16,833 bases of DNA from Promethearchaeota archaeon. Its GTDB lineage: Archaea; Asgardarchaeota; Lokiarchaeia; Sigyniarchaeales; SOKP01. A program made the position numbers and the translations under genes. Positions 1 to 8,600 of this stretch are shown piece after piece; the first letter of the stretch is position 1; every line of letters starts with the position of its first letter. A model generated the notes under the pieces. That model saw only the letters and a list, made by a program, of their open reading frames with translations, was not told where the DNA came from and made no database searches. The stretch spans positions 14,729 to 31,561 of the forward strand of contig JABXKD010000043.1 of NCBI GenBank assembly GCA_013375475.1, in the 5' to 3' direction.

Positions 1-137
1 AAAGGAAGAACCACCTAAACCAAAGGAAGAACCACCTAAACCAAAGGAAGAACCACCTAAACCAAAGGAAGAACCACCTAAACCAAAGGAAGAACCACCT
101 AAACCAAAGGAAGAACCACCTAAACCAAAGGAAGAAC
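1..137 (+). repeat. Perfect 21-bp tandem repeat AAAGGAAGAACCACCTAAACC, at least 6.5 copies, encoding (KEEPPKP)n
   Basis: Identical units start at 1, 22, 43, 64, 85 and 106, with a partial copy at 127-137. The array runs to the window edge and probably continues beyond it. Confidence 0.97.
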
Positions 138-1012
138 TTCAAAAACCTAAAAAGCCTGAAATGCCTGCTTCTCCTAAAGTTGGGGGTTTAGTGAAACCAG
201 AAATCCCCGTAGCAGTTCCTCCTCCACCTGGTCCACCAAAAAAATTAGATACGGTAGAAATAAAGCAACAACCAAAAATACCTGCGAAACCTCTAGGAAA
301 AGAAACATTAACTAAACCCTCTGAAGCCGAAATAATAATTGAACCTAAAATACAAGCCACTAATATGGGATTGAATCTAAATCCTGAAGATTTCATGGTT
401 AAACAGCGCCCTAAAACCGTAACTAATGTGCCGAAAGATGCTAAAAACAAACTAAAAACTTCACCTTTTGCCCACGTTTCAAATCCATTAGAATCTAAAA
501 AAATCATTCCAGTAACGCCTACAGAATTGAAAAAACCAAAGACTCCATCAGGTTTCATCCCACCCAGCAAAGATATAAAACCAAAAGCTCAACTGAAACC
601 TATCACCCCAATAAAAAAACCGCCTGAAACACCTCAAAAATCTACACCACCCCCGATACCAATCAACCCAACTACTCTTATAAAACCTAATAACCAACCA
701 ACTGCGGAAAAACTTATCAAAGAACAAGTTTCGAAAGAAGCACCCTCTATCCCTCAAAATGAAGAAATAGCTTCAACCCAAGCTCTTTCGGGGACTGCTA
801 ACACGCATCAAAAAGCCGAATTGGAAAAATCGTTAATGGATTTAAAGATTAAAAAAGCTAATACCACTAAAATATCTCTAGATTTTGATATGAAAGAACT
901 TACAGGTGAAATTACATCTGAAGAACTTGAAGAAAAGAAGCAAAAACTGAAAACGATTGAGACTAATATAGACCAGCAAATCAAAGACTTAGAGAAATTA
1001 TTAGGAAGATAA
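2..1012 (+). CDS. Pro/Lys-rich low-complexity protein with a C-terminal helical (SHOCT-like/coiled-coil) domain; 5'-truncated by the window edge
   Basis: The frame of ORF 161..1012 stays open back to position 2 (KEEPPKP repeats, then KEELQKPKKPE-MPASP), so ATG 161 is internal. The body is Pro-rich and contains PPPPGPP. The C-terminus is amphipathic (ELEKSLMDLKIKK...GEITSEELEEKKQKL...IKDLEKLL). Stop TAA at 1010-1012. Confidence 0.8.
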   Translation, partial: KEEPPKPKEEPPKPKEEPPKPKEEPPKPKEEPPKPKEEPPKPKEELQKPKKPEMPASPKVGGLVKPEIPVAVPPPPGPPKKLDTVEIKQQPKIPAKPLGKETLTKPSEAEIIIEPKIQATNMGLNLNPEDFMVKQRPKTVTNVPKDAKNKLKTSPFAHVSNPLESKKIIPVTPTELKKPKTPSGFIPPSKDIKPKAQLKPITPIKKPPETPQKSTPPPIPINPTTLIKPNNQPTAEKLIKEQVSKEAPSIPQNEEIASTQALSGTANTHQKAELEKSLMDLKIKKANTTKISLDFDMKELTGEITSEELEEKKQKLKTIETNIDQQIKDLEKLLGR

Positions 1013-1020
1013 GTAATTCA

Positions 1021-1031
1021 CTTTTCTTTTT
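1021..1031 (+). terminator. Possible archaeal oligo-T terminator
   Basis: CTTTTCTTTTT lies just after the stop at 1012. Weak evidence in AT-rich DNA. Confidence 0.3.
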
Positions 1032-1145
1032 AGATTTAACGTACTTAAAAGAATAAAAATTAGGATTTACTCATAATAAGATTTTTTACTTATTTTACCT
1101 TTAAGAGTTTAAATAATTAAGTTTACTAAAGAAAAGATGTTTATT

Positions 1146-1150
1146 AGGTG
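1146..1150 (+). promoter_or_regulatory. Shine-Dalgarno-like site for aspartate kinase
   Basis: AGGTG lies 6 nt upstream of the TTG start at 1157. Confidence 0.55.
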
Positions 1151-1156
1151 TAAGTT

Positions 1157-2575
1157 TTGACTCTAACTGTAATCATGAAATTTGGCGGAAGCTGTTTAAT
1201 TGACAAGAGTGCTTTTAATAAAATCTTCGAAATTTTAAATATATATAAAGAAGCTAAAAAAATAATTGTCGCCTCAGCATTTAATGGGATAACCGATTTA
1301 CTACTAAATACAGCTCTCAATGTCAACGATTCAAGAATTCTTGACGATAACATGGCAATTTTAGAAAAAAAACATTTTAATGCTATAGAACAAATCTTCG
1401 CCGAGGATTCAGAGCATTATATGAAAGCTAAAATTTGGGTTGACGAGAAACTAAGCGAATTAGAAGATACATTTGCTGATATCAAAGAATTTGGATTGGA
1501 ACCCTATTATCAAGATTATGTCTTAAGTTTTGGGGAAATTCTATCAACATATATTTTAAACCAATATATCTTAAGTAGAGGGTTGGATTCTGTTTATATT
1601 CCCGCAAATAAGTTGATTATAACTAACGACGAATTTAACAACGCTTATCCCTTCTATGATTTTACAAATCAGAGAGTACAAAAGTTATTGATACCTCTCT
1701 TAGAAAATCCTCAAAAAGATATAATTATCTGTATAACAGGATTCATTGGAAGAAATAAAATCGGATATACGACCACTTTAGGGCGAGGTGGCTCCGATTA
1801 CTCCGCCACAATTCTCGCCCATTCGATATCTGAAACAGCAAAAGATAAAGATATTAAGGTTATATTGTGGAAGGATGTAGATGGATTAATGGCCATAAAT
1901 CCAAAATTCGTTCCAAAGTCAACCCTCATCAGAAACTTAGATTACAAAGAAGCTAAGCATATAGCCAATTTTGGAGCTAAAATACTCCATCCTAAGTGCC
2001 TTGAAGCAATCGAGAAAAAAAATATACCTTTAGAACTAAGAAATTTTGACAAACCTTTGGAAAAAATAGAGTTTACCGAAATTTCAGAGCATACAGATAA
2101 AAACGAGATCAAAGGCATTTCAACAGTAGAAGATGCTGTAATCATTACCGTTGCTTCAGGTAGTTTAGTTGATGTTCCAGGAGTTTTAGCAAAGATTTTT
2201 AAAGTTATGAGTAAAAATAGTATAAGCGTCTCCTTGGTGGCTCAAAGTGCTTCTGAAATTAGTACATCATTTATTGTAAAAGAAAACGAATCCAAGAAAG
2301 CAGTTGAAGCTTTATACAATTCGGGATATTTTTCTGATTTTTTTGAAATCAAATCTGAAGAGGTAGCAATTATCAATATCAGCGGTTTTAAAATATTAGA
2401 AAACTTAACTAAAGCCAAAATCTTTCAAGGATTAGATAAAGAAAAGATTCATGTAAAGGCATTAACTCAAAGTACTGAAGAACTTAACCTTTCATTAGTT
2501 ATTGATAGAAAGGATGTCCTTAATGCCATTAACATCATTCACGATGATTTATGCGAAGATTTTGACCAAGGATAA
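1157..2575 (+). CDS. lysC: Aspartate kinase with C-terminal ACT domains
   Basis: Amino-acid-kinase motifs MKFGGS, LSFGEILS, TGFIG, TTTLGRGGSDYSA, WKDVDG and FGAKILHP. The ACT region reads PGVLAKIFKVM...ISVSLVAQSASEISTSF. Confidence 0.95.
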   Translation: MTLTVIMKFGGSCLIDKSAFNKIFEILNIYKEAKKIIVASAFNGITDLLLNTALNVNDSRILDDNMAILEKKHFNAIEQIFAEDSEHYMKAKIWVDEKLSELEDTFADIKEFGLEPYYQDYVLSFGEILSTYILNQYILSRGLDSVYIPANKLIITNDEFNNAYPFYDFTNQRVQKLLIPLLENPQKDIIICITGFIGRNKIGYTTTLGRGGSDYSATILAHSISETAKDKDIKVILWKDVDGLMAINPKFVPKSTLIRNLDYKEAKHIANFGAKILHPKCLEAIEKKNIPLELRNFDKPLEKIEFTEISEHTDKNEIKGISTVEDAVIITVASGSLVDVPGVLAKIFKVMSKNSISVSLVAQSASEISTSFIVKENESKKAVEALYNSGYFSDFFEIKSEEVAIINISGFKILENLTKAKIFQGLDKEKIHVKALTQSTEELNLSLVIDRKDVLNAINIIHDDLCEDFDQG

Positions 2576-2599
2576 AAATATTTAGGTAAAATGTGAATA

Positions 2600-2616
2600 A
2601 TTACAATTATTGTAAT
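2600..2616. other. Inverted repeat ATTACAA-TTA-TTGTAAT between convergent genes
   Basis: Perfect 7-bp arms in the 65-bp gap between the aspartate kinase and GTPase stop codons. Function unknown. Confidence 0.35.
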
Positions 2617-2640
2617 AATCAGAAAAAGGTTGATTTAAAT

Positions 2641-3168
2641 CTACTGACTCCTTGATTCTACTATTCTACGAGTGAGTTCAGTAAAGGCATCATCTACATT
2701 GATCCCTGTTTTAGCTGAAGTTTCTATGTAAATACTACCTTCATTTTCAGCAAATGCTCGTGCTTCTTCTCGATCAATAACTTCTCCAACATCTTCGAGT
2801 AGATCTACTTTATTTCCAATTAATACAAAAGGGATGTTCTCGTTGCTGAATTGACGAATTTCTGTAAGCCACTTCCTAGTCTCAATGTAAGTTTGCTCTC
2901 TTGTTAAGTCAAAAACTAATAAAGCACCAGCAGCTCCCTTGTAAAAGGTCGATCGGATGAATTCGAAGCGTTGCTGACCACCTATATCCCATATAGAGAG
3001 GGTAGCTACTTCTCCGGGTTTAAATTCCACATCTTTAGTTAATATGTCAACTCCAACTGTTAACTTATAGTTCGCTGCAAACCGGTTTTTGATAAACCTT
3101 TGAACAAGGCTCGTTTTTCCAACAGCGGCAGCTCCCGTAAGTAAAACTTTTAACTTAAAACTCGACAT
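2641..3168 (-). CDS. Rab-like small GTPase (Ras superfamily, Asgard type)
   Basis: G1 GAAAVGKTS, G2/RabF1-like TVGVD, G3 WDIGGQ, RabF-like RFEFIRSTFYKGAAGALLVFD, G4 NKVD and G5 ETSAK. It has no hypervariable tail and no C-terminal Cys. Confidence 0.95.
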   Translation of the reverse strand: MSSFKLKVLLTGAAAVGKTSLVQRFIKNRFAANYKLTVGVDILTKDVEFKPGEVATLSIWDIGGQQRFEFIRSTFYKGAAGALLVFDLTREQTYIETRKWLTEIRQFSNENIPFVLIGNKVDLLEDVGEVIDREEARAFAENEGSIYIETSAKTGINVDDAFTELTRRIVESRSQ

Positions 3169-3173
3169 AGAAG

Positions 3174-3178
3174 ACCTC
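3174..3178 (-). promoter_or_regulatory. Shine-Dalgarno-like site for the GTPase
   Basis: GAGGT on the minus strand, 5 nt upstream of the ATG at 3168. Confidence 0.5.
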
Positions 3179-3467
3179 TACCTTGAATAATATTCTATTA
3201 TTTTTAAAAATTTCAATTGAATATAAGATATTATCTTTATTATTAAATTCTATTTATTTATTTCTTTTTAAAAATTAAATACAGTTTCTGATAAAATTCT
3301 AATATATTTATCTCTTAAATACTTTTATACTCTTTTTCAATGATTATATATATATTATTAAAGGTTTCAGTCATTTACATTAAATTCTACAAATTCTTCT
3401 GTTTTCTTTGTATAATATCGTATTATTTTTGGTGTTTGGAGTAAAGAAATGTGATAAAGAAACTGAT

Positions 3468-5435
3468 TTATCTTTTTAAAATATCATTATATTCTGTTAA
3501 ACTAGGAAAGTATTCTAGATTTAGATGTGGAAAGTACATAGCTTTTGCATATTCAGTTTGAAATTCTTGAGCAACAGCGATTTCAACGTATTTTATATTT
3601 TTGATTAATTTTCGAGCTTTATCTCTCAAATTTACATTTAATAAACAATTTTGAGCCCCTATCCCTGCAGCGTTTCCAATTTGATATATAAATTCGTCAG
3701 AAATATCGGGGATCATGCCAATGAATTTTGCATTACTTTTATTGATATAATTTCCAAAAGCTCCAGCCAAAAAGATCTGTTTGATCTTAAGTTCAACTTC
3801 GTCTGCTTTATTTAAAAAGTTTAAAATTATACGAGTACCAGAATAAAAGGCTGCTTTTGCCATTTGTAACTCTCTTATATCATTCTGAGAGATTGTAATA
3901 TCTCTGTTAATTGAAGTTTGCTCTTTTTTAACCAAAATAAACTCGACGCCTTTATTTTTTTTTGTAAAACTCTCATGATCTATAAAATTTTTATTGAAAC
4001 CCCCGCTTCTTGTGATGATTTTTGATTTCAACATTTCTGCTACAGCGTCAATTATTCCAGAACCACAAATACCTAGTGGTTTTTTGTTATTGATTGTCGT
4101 ATATCTGACACTTAAATTCGCAGGGTCAATCTTAAGGGAGTCAATTGCACCCGCTGCTGCTCGCATTCCATTTTTTATGTGTGCGCCTTCTAAGGCAGAA
4201 CCCGCCGCGCAAGATCCTGTGGCAAGAATATCCTTATTACCTACAATGATCTCACCATTTGTCCCTACATCAATAGCTAAAGTTAATTCTGATTCTTTAT
4301 TAATTTCTGATGAAAGAATTATCCCCGTTGTGTCAGCTCCCACATATCCCGCAATTAAGGGAAGCATATAGGCATAACCTCCGCGATTGATTTTAAGATT
4401 TATGTCCTTGGAGCGTATATTCAAATCCTTCTTAATCGCGGGAACGTAAGGGCTTAAACCAATATAAGTCGGATCAATATTTAAGAATATATGGTGCATA
4501 ACAGAATTTCCAACAAATGTTGCTTCATATATTTGGGATGGCGAAATTTTAGCTTCGGCACAAACTTCATCAATAATTACATTTATAGCGTCTATTACGG
4601 ATGCATTTAACTTTAAGAGCCCTTCCTTATTATTTTTAATATATGTAATGCGGGAAACGACATCTTCGCCATAAGCAGTTTGTGGGTTAAGAGCGGATGC
4701 AGTCGAATAGATTTTTCCATCGTTTAAGTTAATTAAATAGCCAACTAGGGTTGTAGTTCCGATGTCAAAAGCAATTCCATAATTATTTGCAACAGTATTT
4801 CCTGCTTCGCAATCAATAATTTTATTTTCTTCATACAGAGTTAATGTAATGTGGTGGTTATCTGCTCTTAATGTTAACGGTATTTTTTTTAAAGATTCGA
4901 ATTCAATCGAAGGTTCTATATGATCTTTATTAATTTTAGTTGTAGATGAGAGCGCTGTTACAATCCTCTCAAAATCAGGAATAATTGTTTTTAAATTTGG
5001 TCTCTCAACTTCGATAAATACTTTCTTAACATTTGGATTTAGGTTAACGCCTTTATTTAAACCAGAAGTCAAAATCTTAAAATCTTCTAATAAAGATTCT
5101 TGTGGTAAAAAGACTCTAATTTGAGGTTGTGGTAGTCTTTTTAGGTGATCAATTTGATCTTCATCAATGGAACATTGGCATGCTAATCGGACGTTTTCAG
5201 TAATCTCTTCCTCTGATAGTACTTTTTTTTCAGAATCAGTGGGAGGATTAAGATATTTCAACCCTTGTTGGACTAATAACTTACACTTCCCACAAGTTCC
5301 AAAACCACCACATTGTGATCTTACACGGATGCTTGAATTAACTAACAATTGGTAAAAATTTTCTTTTTTTTTATAGAACAATCTTCTCGAAATCGGTTCG
5401 AAATCAATAATAATTCTAGAATTATCACTCATCAT
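3468..5435 (-). CDS. ASKHA-domain ATP-dependent reductive activator of corrinoid proteins (RACo/DUF4445 family) with an N-terminal [2Fe-2S] domain
   Basis: [2Fe-2S] motif CGGFGTCGKC...RLACQC. ASKHA/RACo motifs DIGTTT, NPQTAYGEDVVSRI, GYVGAD, DVGTNGE, CAAGSALEG, GICGSG, LAGAFG and GNAAG. Confidence 0.92.
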   Translation of the reverse strand: MMSDNSRIIIDFEPISRRLFYKKKENFYQLLVNSSIRVRSQCGGFGTCGKCKLLVQQGLKYLNPPTDSEKKVLSEEEITENVRLACQCSIDEDQIDHLKRLPQPQIRVFLPQESLLEDFKILTSGLNKGVNLNPNVKKVFIEVERPNLKTIIPDFERIVTALSSTTKINKDHIEPSIEFESLKKIPLTLRADNHHITLTLYEENKIIDCEAGNTVANNYGIAFDIGTTTLVGYLINLNDGKIYSTASALNPQTAYGEDVVSRITYIKNNKEGLLKLNASVIDAINVIIDEVCAEAKISPSQIYEATFVGNSVMHHIFLNIDPTYIGLSPYVPAIKKDLNIRSKDINLKINRGGYAYMLPLIAGYVGADTTGIILSSEINKESELTLAIDVGTNGEIIVGNKDILATGSCAAGSALEGAHIKNGMRAAAGAIDSLKIDPANLSVRYTTINNKKPLGICGSGIIDAVAEMLKSKIITRSGGFNKNFIDHESFTKKNKGVEFILVKKEQTSINRDITISQNDIRELQMAKAAFYSGTRIILNFLNKADEVELKIKQIFLAGAFGNYINKSNAKFIGMIPDISDEFIYQIGNAAGIGAQNCLLNVNLRDKARKLIKNIKYVEIAVAQEFQTEYAKAMYFPHLNLEYFPSLTEYNDILKR

Positions 5436-5637
5436 TAGTTGCTCTTTATAACATATATTATAGATTGAATTGAAGTTCAGATATTTATTATAATACTGAT
5501 ACGACTTTTAACCGTTAGGTTTTATTAGTAAGGTAATCATTAAAATATAAAAAGTTTAATTAATAAATCTGTTTAATTTATTGTAAGAAGTAAGAATAAT
5601 TTCACTTAGCCTTTATTCCATATTTCATTTATTAAAT

Positions 5638-5643
5638 AAGGAG
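5638..5643 (+). promoter_or_regulatory. Shine-Dalgarno-like site for the giant repeat protein
   Basis: AAGGAG lies 11 nt upstream of ATG 5655. Confidence 0.45.
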
Positions 5644-5654
5644 TTTAGATTAAA

Positions 5655-8600
5655 ATGGAGGGAAAAGAAGAGTTAGCTCAAGAAGCTTTAAGATATCTAT
5701 CTATAGCTCAGAATTTTGAAGAGGGAAAGGATTTTGAAAAAGCTATAGAAAACTATCACATAGCTGCCGATTATCTTAAAAGTAGTGGATATTTGATAAA
5801 TAAAATTGGCGATATTTATTCTAGAATTGAAGATTTAAAAGAATTTGCTAAACAAGAGAAGATCTACAATCAAGCTAGTGTAAAAAGCCAAATTGAACAA
5901 ATGCAAGATGAAGCGTTTTCCTTATTAGATGGAGCTCAAAAATTAGAATCAGATGGATTTTTAGAGGATGCTATTGATCAGTATATGTCCGCTATTAAAT
6001 TATTGGTTCAAGCAGGGTGGTCAGAAACCCAATTAGGAGATTTAAAAACTAAATTAAGTCAAATTGCTGGAAAAATAGAGCAGGGGAATTTAGTTAAAAA
6101 ACAAAGAAGTAGTGAAACTCAACAACCTATGACTGCTTCTAGAGAAGTTAAACCTCAGGTTTTGAGCGCGTTTGGAGAAAAAAACAGTGCGGCTAAGGAA
6201 GAAGAATTAAAAAAGTATAAAGAAATGAAAGAGCAGGAAGAGCGAATTCAAAACGAGGCTTTTACTTTCATAGATAATGCTAAATTCTTTGAAAACGATA
6301 GGAAGTTTGATAAAGCAATAGAAAATTACCAAAATGCGGTAAATCTATTAGAATCAATAGGATGGCAAGATCAAACTCAGAACATTATCCTCATAATTAA
6401 CAAATTGAAAAAAGAAAAATCTGAGTATGAAAAATTCAAAGCGCAAAAATTAGCAAAACCTACAATTATAGAAGAAAGAAGTAAAGAAGAAGTTATTGAT
6501 ATAGAAGAAATAAGAAGAGATGAAGAAAATAAGCAGTTTGCAGCTTTTAACTTGGTTGATATCGGAAAGAAGTTGGAACGAGAAAAAAAATACGATCAAG
6601 CTATAACCAATTTTGAAAAAGCGATAAAATTATTTAAATCCATAGAATGGGATTCATACATTCAGCCAGTTAAAGGTTTTATCAAAAACGTAAAAGAAAA
6701 GCAAGAAAATGAAGAGAAAACTGAAGAATTAACAGTGAAAAGAGAATCTGAACTTAAAAATCTTCAAGACACAATTTATTTAAAAGAGAGAGAAGAAATT
6801 ATACAAACTGCGAGGGAACTAGATCAGAAAAGATTAGAACACGAACAGAAACGGAGAGAAGAAGCAAGAAGAGAAGAACAATTTTTTACAGTTTTAGATG
6901 AAGCTGATAAGTTATTAAAAGAAAATCGCGCCTTCTCTGAAGCCACTAAGAAATATACAGAAGCTTTGGACCTACTCACAAAATTAGGAGCTGGCTGGGA
7001 ATCTCATGCTACTACGATTAAAAATACAATTTCAAGCATAAAAAAAATACAAGAAACTCAAATCGAAAAAGAATTGGAGGAGCAAAAGAAATTAGAACAG
7101 CGAAAAAAGTTAGATTTAGATTTTCAACAACAAACCTCTATCCAACTAGCTAAAGAAAGAGAAAAAATAAAACAAAGAGAAAGTGCTTTACAAGTAAGAA
7201 GAGATGAGATTGAATATAGAGAAAAGCAAAAAGAAGCAGCCTTTAAAGCCTTAGATGCAGCAGAAGATTATATTAAGCAATCTGAGTTAGATAAAGCGAT
7301 AACAGCGTATCAAACGGCGGGTAATATTTTTGCTAGTATCCAATGGAATGAAGAATTACATTTAATTGAAAATTCTATAAGAGACCTTGAAATTAGAAAA
7401 AGAGACCAAGCAATAGCAGAGCAAAAAGAAATGCAGAAATCCATAGAGAAATATAAAACAGATCAACAGTTTCAGGAACACATGTCTAAGCAACTTCAAC
7501 AAGAACGGGAGAGATTGAGAAAGAAGGAAATAAGGTTAAGAGATCAAAAAGCAGAACTAGAATACCGAGAGAAAAGAAAAGAATATGCTTTTAGGATATT
7601 AGACGAGGCACAACCGTTCCTAGAAAAGGGAGATTATGAAAAAACCATAGAAATCTATCAAGAAGTAACTAATATTTTCGCAGGCATTCAGTGGTATGAT
7701 GAAATGGAAAGAATTGGTAACGCTATCATCGAAATTGAAAATAAGAAGCGCAATGCTGAAATTAAAAAACAGAGGGAAATAGAAAAGCAAATCAATAGAG
7801 AAAGGGAAGATAGAGAGTTTCAAGAGAAAGTTATCAGCGAAATGAAAATTAAGAGAGATCAACTAAAACAGAGAGAAGCAGTCAAGAAGAAACGTGAAGA
7901 TGAGATATCGTTTAGGGAAACTCAAAAACAAGAGGCTTTTAGAACATTAGATGAAGCTCAAAACTATCTATCGTTAGGAAAATTCGATCTCGCTATTGAT
8001 AAATATCGAGAGGTTAACGGTATTTTCGCCCAAATTCAATGGTTGGAAGAAATACCTTTAATTAATCAAACCATTAATCAAATTGAAAATAAAAGAAAAG
8101 AGGAAGAGTTTAGAAAGCAGAGGGAATTTGAACAGATAATTAAAGAAGAAGCAGAGAATCAAAAATTTCTAGATAACATTAAAATTCAACGAAAGAGAGA
8201 ACAACTAAAAATCCTGAAGATAAGAGAATCAGAAGAACAAAAGAGGGAATTTAGTGCACAACATCTTACACTTCAGAATAATGCGTTTAAGATGATTGAA
8301 GATGCAGATGAATATCTGAAACGAGAGAATTTTGAGGAAGCCTTAGGAGCATATCAGAACGCTCTTAATGTTCTAGAAAATATTGGATGGACGGGTAATT
8401 ACATTACTTTATTAAAAGATTCGATACAGAGTGTCCAATTCAAAAAGAGGGAGAAAGAGCAAAGTGTTCTTCTGGAAAAGGAAAAATTAAGAAGACAATG
8501 GGAGGAAGAAAGAGAATTCGAACAGGAAGTAGCCCATAACCTCCAAAAAGAAAAAGAAAGGATGATAGCGAAGAAAATTGAGCTTCTTAAGAAAGAAGAA

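Noticed and set aside
1-137. CRISPR array
   Set aside because: The units are directly adjacent with no spacers, and the 21-nt period is in frame with a protein.
139-757. Minus-strand ORFs 139..570 and 548..757
   Set aside because: They are antisense shadows of the Pro/Lys-rich gene; their Gly/Phe richness mirrors its codons.
3169-3467. ncRNA or small gene in the 300-bp AT-rich gap
   Set aside because: The region is extremely AT-rich with no stable structure or credible ORF seen. It is probably promoter/terminator DNA, and specific TATA boxes cannot be picked reliably.
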